NCBI GenBank assembly: GCA_977020255.1
Contig: CDROCS010000706.1
Span: forward strand, 744,001 to 808,000
Origin: Obrimoposthia wandeli
Taxonomy: Eukaryota
Direction of reading: 5' to 3'
Length of the DNA: 64,000 bases
Each line of letters opens with the position of its first letter. Position 1 is the stretch's first letter. This document shows, piece after piece, positions 1 to 11,218 of the stretch. The notes beneath the pieces are model-generated. The model saw nothing but the letters and a program-made list of their open reading frames with translations. It was not told where the DNA came from and did not search any database. Both the position numbers and the translations under genes were made by a program.

Positions 1-5
1 TCAGT

Positions 6-368
6 TTGAATTTATTAATTAATATATATTCTATTTTGGACGAGATAAGAAAAACCTTAAGAAAACTACTCGGTTCGCGTTTCAATGGAGTCTACAGTCT
101 TGATCACATCCCCTCTTTGACTCGACTAGGTGGATATGTAATCAATACACATTCATCTAATTTGCGTGGTGAACATTGGATTGCAATACATGTTAAAGAA
201 AATGAAATCTTTGTTTTTGACCCCTTTGGGATATATTACCCTTCTAAATTAGTATCTACAGTACTTGACTCTGGAAAGAAAGTACATTTTAGTAAGAAAC
301 ATTATCAAAATGTTTTAACACAGTCATGTGGACAACTCTGTCTGCTTTGGTTAAAGCATAAACAATAG
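6..368 (+). CDS. Adenovirus-type cysteine (maturation) protease of the Polinton, 5'-partial
   Basis: Motifs GVYSLDHIP, INTHSSNLRGEHWIAI (His), VFDPFG (Asp), YQNVLTQSCGQLC (Gln, Cys) in adenain order. The frame is open to the window edge, so the true start is probably upstream. Confidence 0.9.
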   Translation: MNLLINIYSILDEIRKTLRKLLGSRFNGVYSLDHIPSLTRLGGYVINTHSSNLRGEHWIAIHVKENEIFVFDPFGIYYPSKLVSTVLDSGKKVHFSKKHYQNVLTQSCGQLCLLWLKHKQ

Positions 369-405
369 ATATAAACAATATCAAATAAAATGACTGCTAT
401 AAAAA

Positions 406-915
406 ATGTCTGTTTATTTTATTGATTTTGAAGCTTTTATTGATAATAATACTGAATTTGTAATAAAAGAACTATGTATAATGGATGAGGATGCAATCTT
501 CTATCCTAAACATTATGTTTTTAAAATGCTACCCATATGGGATATGATGAATAGAAAATCAAGAAAAATAAATAGATATCTCATTAAGCATTACCATCGA
601 CTAAAACTAGTTGATGGTAATAGTTATTTCAAGATACAAGAAATAACTGAGAAAATAAAACGTTGTTGTGATGTATCCAAATCAATTTTCTATGTTTTGG
701 ATGAAAATAATGGAGCTAAAATAAAGACAATCAATAAATATTTTCCTGAATTTAGAGTGATAAATTACTCGAAAACATTAAAATAATTAAATCCATCAAA
801 TATCAATTGTCCATATATTAAGCATGGCGAGCATTGTGCATACAAGAAATGCTTTGCAGCTAGTTTGGATTATTTAAATATTAATGAAAATTCAACTACT
901 CACATCTTTCAGTAA
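406..915 (+). pseudogene. Conserved Polinton ORF (DEDD-like N-terminus, C-terminal Cys/His cluster) with one premature stop
   Basis: Starts MSVYFIDFEAF...FVIKELCIMD. TAA at 784-786 is followed in frame by LNPSNINCPYIKHGEHCAYKKC... to TAA at 913-915. Confidence 0.65.
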
Positions 916-929
916 ACTATTCTGTTTTA

Positions 930-1000
930 AATGAATCTGATTAGTTTAAATAATGAATGAATCTGATTGGCTTAACACTAGCTCGAAAATAGTATATAAG
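930..1000 (+). promoter_or_regulatory. Putative pPolB promoter (duplicated ATGAATCTGATT motif, inverted CCAAT, TATA box)
   Basis: ATTGG at 966-970 and TATATAAG at 993-1000, about 45 nt upstream of ATG 1047. Confidence 0.5.
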
Positions 1001-1046
1001 CAAGCATCAATCAACAAATAACTGTCTATTATAAACGAAATTGAAA

Positions 1047-3540
1047 ATGGTAAGTTTATTGTTATTTTTCTGCTAATTTATTTCTTTCTAGAATTGCAAT
1101 ATGAACAAACAATTATGCTTTGAGGAGAGTCACAAGGAATGTGACGGAAAAATGAAGAGCTACTTTGGACAGACGTTCAACGGACAACAATTCTACGTAT
1201 GTCCAGTATGTCTCTCCGCGGAGGAGATTGATTGGCCGGAGTTTGTGGCGCGTCATCGTGTCCATATTCGTCATTTCCAGCAACGTGGCAAGAAGGCCAT
1301 CTTCCAGGATAGATCTGCTACTATTTCTCAAGATCGGGTTGCTGATCCAGTTGTTGCTGTTTCGCCAATTGCTGCCCCAATTGCTGTTCCAGTATCTACT
1401 CCAATTTCTGTTCCAGTTACTAGTCCAGTTGCTGTTCCAGTTACTAGTCCAGTTGCTTCACCACCATCTGCTGTACCAATGGTTCCAGTTATGCCTCCTC
1501 CAGTTGGTAGGATCCCCGCGCCGTTACCAGCATCTACCCGCAAGAGAAGTGTTATGCCCACTTCAGGTAGCTCTGTTGCGAAGTTTCCCAAAGTTAATGC
1601 TGTTAAGCGTAAGACTAGTCTTCGGGGCACGATTGAGACATTGTCATTAGATGTTTCTAATGACAATCTCATCGATTTACAAGTTCCTGTATCACTTTTG
1701 ACTAGCTTAAGGGACACAGTCAGCAAGTTTGCGACTTGCAAGGTTCAATTCGGGGTGCGTGTTGAATTTTCCAATATTGGAGAAACACGTGCTTGGAATT
1801 TTTCCAATAGAGGGCTCCCCATAGATGAGGGGTTTATAGATGCGGGGGTAGATGGGATCAACAAGAAGATTGAGAATTATTCTCAAAGTAGCAGTAATTG
1901 GGTAGTGAACCGCTTCCTGGAGATTTCGTTTGTTGTGACTAAAACAACAACAATGAACTATCTCCAGGGGAGTAGTTATATACCTACTCCATCTGAGTTA
2001 GCACTCTCACATTGCGTTATCAATGTGCAGAACTCAAACGCTTTTTGCTTCCTTTACAGTATCTTATCTGTACTTTTCTGCGAAGTATTTCGCTCTAATC
2101 CTCATCGGGTTAATCAATATGATGCCTTTTTGAGTCAATTAGTTTTTGATGAGAATGAGATGCCGATGCGTCTATGTATTATACCGCGATTTGAGAGAAA
2201 GAATCCATCTCTCTCAATCAACGTATTTACATTCAATAGGTTCTCTAATGTGCAAACAGATGGGGATATCTTCAAAAATCCCTATGTGGATGTCATTTAC
2301 AGAACCACAAACCCAGACGCTAAGGCAATCAATCTTCTCCTTTTAGAAAATAATGATAATTTTCATTATGTCGGTATTCCTAAACTCAATAGGCTGCTTA
2401 ATTATAGGAACAGAGGTGTATCTAATCGCATCCAGTGTACTTGGTCCCATAAGTGTCTTCATGGATTCCGGAGACCAATAAGTTACGCCAAACACGTTCC
2501 ACTCTGTAGGATGAATTTAGATCATACAACGCTTTATTCAATGCCTACAGAGAAGCATATTGAGTTTAAGGACTTTTCAAAAACGATTTCTCCACCTTTT
2601 GCTGTTTACGCGGACTTTGAGGCTGTGCTACCGCCGCATGGAATCCACCATCAGATTCAGCTTCCAATCTCGGCCAGTATGCTCATGTCTCCCGTTGCAG
2701 CCACGAGAGGGTACACACATGATTACTCGGTCTTTATCGGAGAATCTTGTGTGGTATCCTTTTTGCAGAAATTAGAGGACTTGGCGAAAGAGGTTGTACT
2801 CCCATGGTATAAGAAGCATGCGATCGAGGTGATGCGACAACTCACACAGGAACAGGTATCGAGTTTCAATGCAGCAAGAATCTGTTACCTGTGTAAGAAG
2901 AAACTCACAAAGAAAGTTCGAGATCACGATCACATGACTAGCGAATACCTGGGAGCTGCACATGCAAAATGCAACTTATCAAGGATAATTAATCGATCTT
3001 TTCCCGTCATTTTTCATAATCTGATGGGTTATGACATGCATCACATATTGAAGCACGTATTGTGCACGTTTCCTGACTGGAATGTCTCTGTTATACCTCA
3101 ATCAACAGAGAAATTCCAGGCTATGATGGTGTATATTGGAGGAGTCTGTATACCTTTCATCGATTCACTTCAATTTTTGAACAGCGGACTTGAAAATCTT
3201 GTGGAAAAACCTGGGTGTGACTCCTCTTACACATTCGGTCTTCCCGCAACATCTGGTGGGAGCCAAGGGAATCTTCCCATACGATATGGCAGTATCAGAG
3301 ACTGCTCTTCGCGCAATCACCAGCTTACCGCCAAAGTGGGATGAAAAGATCAAGCCAGTACAATATGAAATGGCAAAGATGGTCTGGACTCAGAGCGGCT
3401 GCTCATCGCTCTGGGACTATATGCTGGTCTATATGAAGATGGACGTCTACCTTCTAGCAGACGTGTTTACAGCATTCCGGACCAAGGCCATTGCTGACGA
3501 TGGATTGGAGCCACTCAATTTATTCTCCATCCCTGGTTTG
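1047..3540 (+). pseudogene. polB: Protein-primed family B DNA polymerase (pPolB): N-terminal/TP region, 3'-5' exonuclease and endonuclease VII-like insert; frameshifted and truncated before the polymerase motifs
   Basis: Motifs GSSYIPTP..CVINVQN...CFLYSILS, YADFEA (ExoI), CYLC..VRDHDH..YLGAAH.KCN (EndoVII), FHNLMGYD (ExoII), KGIFPYD, DVYLLADVF (ExoIII). +1 frameshift near 3204 joins ORF 1101-3344 to 3190-3561. Similarity ends after FSIPGL. Probable first exon is ATG 1047-1049 with intron 1050-1091. Confidence 0.9.
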
Positions 3541-3936
3541 TATTTTACTAATTTTTTCTAATTTTAGACACTAACACATATATATATATATATACATGTA
3601 TAAGAATAAATGTAGTTCTTGTTACTATTGATTACATAAAGATGCAAGTATTTGCAATATAGATGCAGTACGTGACTGTCTTTGTTAGATAGATATAGGA
3701 ACGTTTAAACATGATTTTCAAATTATATAATACTTTATTTTATAAGTAGATAGTTTAATTTAATTTAATTTAAATAAATTTTTCAAATTATATAATACTT
3801 TATTTTATAAGTAGATAATTTAAATAAATTATAAAACACACACACACGAGATGTCTTTTGGTGAATTTGTGTTATTACCACCTTTAGATAAAAATATATA
3901 TAGATTTGAAGTATGTTACTAAAAATAGAATATTTT

Positions 3937-4345
3937 TGACCTCACCGTGACCTTAAAGTACATTGTCCTCATGACGTCATGACCTTAAGTTGACCTTAAA
4001 GTACATTGACCTTAACTTGACCTTAAAGTACATTGACCTTAACTTGACCTTAACTTGACTTGACCTCATGAGGTCATGACCTACATCTTGTCCTCATCGT
4101 GACCTTAAGTTGACCTCATGAGGTCATGTCCTCATCGTGACCTTAAACTGTGCTCAAGGGGGGGTATGCTCAAAATGTCTTTGTTCTGAAAGACTCACAT
4201 CCCCCTACTTGATGTGTGTCTTTCAGGACAAAGACATTTTTTCCTGAGCATAGGGGGGGTCATGACCTCATGAGGTCATGACCTACATCTTGACCTCACC
4301 GTAACCTCAACTTGACCGTAAAAAATTTTGTCCTCAACTTGACCT
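3937..4345. repeat. Subterminal array of 11-bp-period TGACCT units with perfect palindromes
   Basis: I count 20 exact TGACCT/AGGTCA hexamers. CATGACCTCATGAGGTCATG (4261-4280) is a perfect 20-bp palindrome. TGACGTCA at 3972-3979. Confidence 0.9.
4171..4240. repeat. Inverted repeat (about 30-bp arms) formed by two head-to-head terminus-like sequences
   Basis: AAAATGTCTTTGTTCTGAAAGACTCACATC / GATGTGTGTCTTTCAGGACAAAGACATTTT with 2 mismatches, around the loop CCCCTACTT. Confidence 0.85.
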
Positions 4346-4729
4346 GAGCTTGTCCTCAGGGGGGAGGCTTTGTTCCAGAAGTCACACATCTACCTACTAG
4401 TGCATATTGAGTAATAAGAGTGAGAAGTGTAACTTTAATTGCGTCCGTGTTGAGAATCTGACAAATTAGGAATTACGTGGCATAGTTAACTAAACTTTCA
4501 AGACTATGTAAGCAATGGGGTGGAAAATAGGGTAAAGCATGGCAGTCATTTTTCTCTCCCTAGATTGTTTCAGCAATATCTGAGCCTAATTTCGTTTGAG
4601 CTTCCTCGCATAATTGAGTAAAAGGGCTGGGTCACCCTGTGTCAGACTTGACATATCTATATACGTGTATCAACTAAAATTTAGCGAGTCACACTTTTTT
4701 CTTGGTAATACCCATTAAAAAAATTACAG

Positions 4730-6280
4730 TAGTCCACTGGCTGAGTTCATTTATCATTACGGGATCGCTGCTCGTTGGCATCGTACTCATTAGGTACGAT
4801 CGTACTCAGTTTCTTGTCACCATGTCCGTCAGTTGTGTGAACTACTTCGTGGCCATTCTCGTCACCATCTTCTATCTGCTGAAACTACAGCATCACACGT
4901 TACCGCGTCGCAGTATATTTGCAGGTCAGTACAAATATCAGTACCTGATCAAAATGAATGTTGTGCTCTTAAAGCCGGATCAGTTAAAATATAGAGATGA
5001 TAGTACAATAAGACTTATCAATACAGTTAAAACATAATCTTTCAATCGAATTCAAGCATACGATTAAAAATTAAAGATCAGTTCTTACATACAAACATAC
5101 ATTCTGGAAAAGAAAAGTGTGTGCCTTTAATTTATTTTACTATAAGACACAAATACAAAGTCATTAGTACTATTAAAAATGAATAATATGAAAGAAATAT
5201 GAAAATATATCCCAGAGCCATTTGAAAGGATGTTCCATTTCATTTTATAAATTTCTGATCGTTAAGAAAGGTATTTTTAATGAATTTTAACTTTTGTAAG
5301 TTTAAATGAGCTGCTTAATCAAGAATACATTGCGAATCTAATCAAAAATACTGACTTTGAAAAATTGTACTCAATCCACTATAATGATTCTACTCACAGT
5401 GGCAATTTTGTGATTCATAGTATTAATAAAGCATATTTCCCCACAAAACTAACTGAAATCAAACTAGAGAATTGCAAAATGAAGAAGTAAAATGAACAAG
5501 AAATAACGAAATCGAGATTACAGGAAGTACAACTAGAATATTAAATCTGAAAGATATTACGGAAGACTTAAAAATAAACAAAAAATTGCAATTGATCTGA
5601 GTAAATAAATTTTAATATTTTTCGTTACTTTTTGTTGTTTTTTAAACATATTCCAGCAAAATTTTCCTATTTAGGATAAATTCCGATTAATGAAATGTAC
5701 ATTCAGCATATTCATTTTGATTAGATATAGCTTCGACAGTAAATGTAATCATGATTATAATTGAAATTGAAACAGCTCCAATCTTCTTCCAGAACGAAGG
5801 TCATACATGTGGTTCAGCACTGACAGCGTCATTATCTCAATCGGCTTGCTGAGCTACATGGTCAGTGCAATAGCCGATCTACAGATGGTTGTGGAGTGCC
5901 ACATCGGTGTGACGAATTGCACCGACCGCTTCAGTGCTTATCTTTACCCAGTAAGGGCCTCTTTTGAGCTATTACAGGGTATCTCACAAGGTATGCTTCT
6001 GCTCATCTTCACAGAGATAGACAAAACACTCTGGACAATCCTGCCGGACAATTCTACCATCGGCAAACTTCTCAGTCCACTGCATTTTCTGATCCTTTTT
6101 AATATTGTCGCTGGAATCTGCAACATCATCAATATCGACTTTTTATCTCTCCGGCCAAACAATGACATTATTTTGAACCAACTGTTTCGAGAAACCGACT
6201 ACATGCTAACTGTCGCTTGCTGCATTATTTTCAGATTACACAGTGTCTATTTGATTGCAAAATTTATCGTTGTTAAATGA
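4730..6280 (+). CDS. Otopetrin-like multi-pass membrane protein, 3' exons 4730-4924 and 5793-6280
   Basis: Phase-compatible GT/AG junction (GCA G|GT...CAG|AA CGA). Several hydrophobic helices. The C-terminal CCIIFRLHSVYL resembles the otopetrin IFYRFHS signature. 5' exons not located. Confidence 0.55.
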
Positions 6281-6629
6281 CAAAATGCAAACTCTATGAA
6301 AATCTTCTTTTTCTCCCTTTTAATATGGCTTGTAATACATGTTTAAGATTTTTATTTTATAGTATAACCAAATTCAAGGCTCATTTTTTGAATCCGAAAA
6401 ATACTGTATCTATCTGTCATTTCTATGTTTATTTACAATTAGATTATATGCACATTTAGATTAAGAATAAACTACCTATGCACATTGTTATTTGAAAATT
6501 ATGTAAATACAGTTTAAAGCGAAACGTTATTGAATATACAACAAACACAGATTTATTAGATACTAACGTTAAAGACACATTATAACAGATGACACGTTGT
6601 AATACAGGCTTTGTGTTTTATTTAAAAGT

Positions 6630-7518
6630 TTTGTTTTCTGATTATGTGGAGAAAAAAATGGTTAAAACTGAATAACCCAGACAGGCTACTGATGCCACCA
6701 CTGCATATAAAACTGGGTCTAATCAAACTGTTTGTAAAAGCCCTTGATTGTGAGTCTGTAGCATTTGCTCATCTACAAAAACATTTTCCAAAACTATCTA
6801 CAGCAAAAGTAAAGGCTGGCATGTTTGTTGGACCTCAGGTGAGAAAACTAAGAAATTATGAGGATTTCATTACAATGTTGAGTTCTGCTGAAAAAGACGC
6901 TTGGATTGGTGAAAAATGTGGTGAAAACCTTTCTTGGAAATAGAAAGCCTGAGAATTATGACTATTTGGTTGAAATAATGCTCTCTAGTTATCAGCCAAT
7001 TGGATGTCATAGGTCTTTAAAGATGCGTATGTTGCATGCTCTTTTAGACCATTTTGTGTATAATATGGGTTCAATTTCAGAAGAGCAAGGTGAACGTTTT
7101 CACCACGACTTACAAAAGTTTGAAGAACGCTATATTGGTCAGTACTCTGAGAGTGTGATTGGTGATTATATTTGGAGCCTTGAGTGGGAAGTTGAAGATC
7201 CGGTTAACAAAAGAAATTCCAGAAAAACCCAACATTTTTAGACATTTTCAATTTATACATTCTTTGACTATAACTATTATATTTTTTGTAGGTATAATTG
7301 AATAATAATATTAGTTTATGCCTAGTTACAGTTGTTATTTCGTTCAAATTTCCCTTTGTTCGTATAAAGTTTTGCAAGGGTAAATAAAATATATAAATCT
7401 TTATGGTCTGACCCCCAAACTGAACTTTGAGCTGCAAGATTATGATTTTGCAATGTTTTTTCACTTAATGAATCAGGAAATAACAGTTATTTTTCAGAGG
7501 GGAATTTGTTACACTGTG
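6630..7518 (+). mobile_element. Chapaev3-like (CMC/RAG1-related) DNA transposon, 5'-truncated, frameshifted transposase C-terminus plus right end
   Basis: PPLHIKLGLIKLFVKAL...FVGPQVRKL, then SLKMRMLHALLDHF..NMGSISEEQGERFHHD...E.RY.G. Right end ...AATTTGTTACACTGTG followed by TAA, fitting CAC..GTG termini and a TWA target site. Confidence 0.7.
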
Positions 7519-9405
7519 TAATTATCAAGCTCGGACTTCGGTTTGGATTTCAGGAGTAGATTTATTGAATTTTCTCACTTTTGTTTAAATATTTATGGTT
7601 TTACAAATAAAGTAATCCTGTAAAGCATAATTTTAGTGAACTTATATTAATATCATTATAAAAAAAAATTAATATATCCCGTTTTGAAGAAATAAATTAA
7701 AATGAAAGAAACACAAAGGTTATAAGTGTTTATTGTAATAAGAAATTTTTATACAGAAATGAAACGAAAATCATTTATCCATTTAAATCAAGAGGACGAT
7801 TGTCTACAATATCGACGACTGTACTTGTAGCACTCTTTGAAAGAACTCCCTCCTTGTTGAAATCTTCCACATTGTTCTTTTGTGTAGTCCTCCCATGTTT
7901 TCTCAGAATTAATCCAAGTGACCGTGAAGGACGGGCTGTTTCAGCGAAATTCGATCGAAAGGTACTAAATGAATTAAGTTACATACATTGTCTAGACTGC
8001 GGATGAGTAACCTTCAACCCACACCGTTCTTTGACAGGAACACACAATATAACTTGTGAAGGTGAGAAAAATTGTTTTGGTGAATAATTTTTAGTTTTGC
8101 ATGCTATTTGTATTGACACCTGAGTTTAAGAAATGCAATGAAGCTGATGGACGAGGAGGTTTTAATGACATATTTCAGTGAAATAGTTTTTGTTATGATA
8201 AGTATAAATCAGGTTTGTCTTATTTAATGTAAAGAAGTGATAGATTTGAAAGAAAGAAACTTGGAGGGTTACTAAAGAATCCGTCAATCTACAGAATTTA
8301 ATAAAAATTAAGTTTTCATAGGTATGCCATTTTAAATACCTAAAAATAATAATTTTGTTATACAATTTAATGATGATTAATGCATAACTTTACTAAGAAA
8401 ATTGTAAATATACGAATAGTAATATATAGTGTCGGTACTAAATCAAAGGAACAGAGTCCCCGGGAGGGAGTCTCTCTTCCATTGAGTTAGTATTGACACT
8501 ATATGCCTCAAAATATGTTAATATATGATGATTTTTAAATCCATTCAAACAATATTCGAAATCATGCGATAAATTCAATTCATCACATCAGATTAAGTAG
8601 AAAGGCATACATGCAGCAACGAGAGGGAAGAAATAACGACTTTTGTCAAGCTACAGTAGCGTTATCTACAGTGAAGTGCAAAATTACGTACATCGCATAT
8701 TTATCTGAGCTCTTATAACAATCCTATTACATACTATGAAGATGATTGGCTCTGCATTGTCTTTCCTTCGATTCATCAAATACTGAATTTTCTTAGCTGT
8801 TTTTAATGCTCTACGCTTATTTCAGTATTTCTCCCCTTTCTATGTATCTTCAAACAAGCGACTGTGTCCTTATGAAAGCAATAGAGTAGGTTGCGAATGT
8901 TCTTGAACTTTTTAAAGCCAAACAATTTGGCCTGTCATTTGATGGGATGTAAAATGAAGCAGCAGCAGAATTTATGCAAATCTTATCGAGGCACCAAGAA
9001 CAAACAATCGTCAGACCCAGCATTTAAATACCTTCACTGGTACACTGAAAGTACATTATCGATTTATTGTTCAGACTTGATTTCACAGTTGAAAGATCGA
9101 TTGTGCACAGAAGTGCCAAAAGTGAAGGTATAAAATCTTGTGCTTTCCCTGTTAGACAATGTGACACTTGAAATTTGGGGGAAATATAATTCCTCGTAAG
9201 TAGGTGGATGTGTCCGGTCTAATCCACACCCCCCTCCCCCCTGTCCTTTAAAACCGTGCATATGTGTGTAGTGAAATTTCGTGTAGGTGTGTGGAGTGAA
9301 ATTTCACTCCACACACATGCACGGTTTTAAAGGACAAGGGGGTAAGGAACCCCCTCCCTAAAACTTTTTCGCCCCTATCGGCGCGAATGGCTCGGGACTG
9401 ACATT

Positions 9406-9636
9406 GGTCACAGACTAGTCCTGCGATGTAAGGATATCTCGCTCTCATATAGGTCACAGACTAATCCTGCGATGTACGGATATCTCGCTCTCATATAGGT
9501 CACAGACTAGTTCTGCGATGTACAGATATCTCGCTCTCATTTATGTCACACACTAGCCCTGCAATGTACAGATATCTCGCTCTCATATAGGTCACAGACT
9601 AGCCCTGCGATGTACGGATGTCTCGCTCTCACACCA
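9406..9636 (+). repeat. 46-bp tandem repeat (about 5 copies, runs into a gap)
   Basis: Unit GGTCACAGACTAGTCCTGCGATGTACGGATATCTCGCTCTCATATA. Mirrored at 15487-15651. Confidence 0.95.
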
Positions 9637-10056
9637 NNNNNNNNNNNNNNNNNNNNNNNNNNNNNNNNNNNNNNNNNNNNNNNNNNNNNNNNNNNNNNNN
9701 NNNNNNNNNNNNNNNNNNNNNNNNNNNNNNNNNNNNNNNNNNNNNNNNNNNNNNNNNNNNNNNNNNNNNNNNNNNNNNNNNNNNNNNNNNNNNNNNNNNN
9801 NNNNNNNNNNNNNNNNNNNNNNNNNNNNNNNNNNNNNNNNNNNNNNNNNNNNNNNNNNNNNNNNNNNNNNNNNNNNNNNNNNNNNNNNNNNNNNNNNNNN
9901 NNNNNNNNNNNNNNNNNNNNNNNNNNNNNNNNNNNNNNNNNNNNNNNNNNNNNNNNNNNNNNNNNNNNNNNNNNNNNNNNNNNNNNNNNNNNNNNNNNNN
10001 NNNNNNNNNNNNNNNNNNNNNNNNNNNNNNNNNNNNNNNNNNNNNNNNNNNNNNNN

Positions 10057-10200
10057 ACTCCACACCACACCACACCACACCACACCACACCACACCACAC
10101 CACACCACACCATGCCACACCACCGAAACTCCACACCACACCATACCACACCACGCCACACCACCGAAACACCACGCCACACCACAAACAACACCACCGA
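10057..10200 (+). repeat. (CACCA)n pentamer microsatellite
   Basis: Read directly from the sequence. Mirrored as (TGGTG)n at about 15295-15355. Confidence 0.95.
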
Positions 10201-10749
10201 AACACTCCACCTACCGTCCGCCCCTTCGGGGCGGGCTCCATTCTCGTGAAAATAACTACAAAAACATGCGCTACAGTATCACTTTACCTCACAACTATAC
10301 ATGTAAACGACCCGTGTCATACCCAAAACCCTAACATACACCGCACGCCCCTTTGGGGCGGGCTTCATTCTTGATCTACAGGCACGAAAAAACATTACAA
10401 AAAATAAATTATTTGAATAAGACGCAATTTTTTTTGCGCCAAATTTAAAATTTTCAACATGCTTTTTAAACAAAAAAATAAAAAATTTAAAATTGGCTTT
10501 TAAACAAAAAAATTATTTAAAAATTAAAATAAAATTGTTTACAAAATTTTTATAGTTTAAAAATAAAATTTCCAACATAATTTTTTACAACAACTTTTAT
10601 AGTTTAAAAAAATAATTTTACACAGAACTTTTATACTTTAGAATTTTAAACTTAAAAAAAGACGAATTGGGTACAAATATTTATTAAACCAAAGAGAAAA
10701 TTAGGTACAATAAATTTGTGACATACAAATTCAAACATACAAAAAACAA

Positions 10750-11218
10750 TTATTCAAGTGAAAAATCATCTGGATATCTATGATGTCCGTAGACAACTGA
10801 CCGGTTTTTCTCTACCCATTTTCTCTCATCGTCATTGCTACTCAATGCGATCTTACTCATATTTACGGTATAGAACTGATGATTAATTGAACTAATGCGT
10901 TGTTGTTGCACTCGTTCACTAACCCCACTATCATATGCAGCTAAATAATTCGCATGGCGTAGCACAGTCTGCTTAAGGCTAATTCCCTTTGCTCTCATCT
11001 GGGACTTTCCGTCTATAGTTTCTAAGCTATATGATTTGGAGCGTAAAAATACCCATTGCTTATATCTACATTGCTTACTCTCATCCTTAAACTTGCCTAT
11101 CGCAGTATTGGCTAAAGGATGGTTTATAGAAAATTTTGATGTGTCTAATAATCCATCTGAAATCATTGCAGACAACAGTGTAGCTTGCACGTATACATTA
11201 TGACACTTTAGAAAAAAA
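10750..11218 (-). pseudogene. polB: pPolB C-terminal fragment (left arm)
   Basis: FFLKCHNV...LLDTSKF..NHPL...IGKFKDE...LRSKSYS...RAKGIS...SKIALSSNDDER...YGH. This is the thumb region downstream of the YxDTDS motif, which is missing. Confidence 0.85.

Larger units (their letters stand above)
1..4398 (+). mobile_element. Polinton/Maverick (adintovirus-like) element A, right portion, internally deleted
   Basis: Adenain-type protease, conserved Polinton ORF and protein-primed PolB in tandem on +. Followed by a subterminal repeat array and an end reading ...CACATCTACCTACT (4398); its reverse complement AGTAGG... fits the AG(T)-type Polinton terminus. Left part lies outside the window. Confidence 0.9.

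Noticed and set aside
1113-2963. Alternative-frame and antisense ORFs over pPolB, the RT element, Pao, COQ4 and the protease
   Set aside because: Shadow ORFs of GC-richer coding sequence with no independent motifs.
3536-3567. 32-nt intron-like sequence (GT...CTAAT...TTTTAG) at the pPolB truncation point
   Set aside because: Splicing leads into AT-rich sequence with no polymerase similarity, so it does not restore the gene; more likely the deletion breakpoint.
4705-4729. 25-nt intron that would extend the otopetrin-like gene upstream
   Set aside because: Shorter than any supported intron here, and the upstream micro-exons lack recognisable similarity.
7480-7518. Full RSS (heptamer-spacer-nonamer)
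   Set aside because: No ACAAAAACC-like nonamer at 12- or 23-nt spacing.
7775-8170. Possible minus-strand exons (open frame 7775-7964 with AG acceptor)
   Set aside because: No recognisable motif and no consistent upstream exon chain.
4399-9198. 6-bp TSD pairing of the Polinton termini at 4398, 9199 and 25396
   Set aside because: Flanks AGTGCA, CTCGTA and CAAGGG do not match, so the ends belong to different insertions.
9546-10374. Long ORFs with WCGVV/TPHHT repeats (also 11575-11876 and 15244-15556)
   Set aside because: They are translations of (CACCA)n microsatellite and N-gaps, not proteins.
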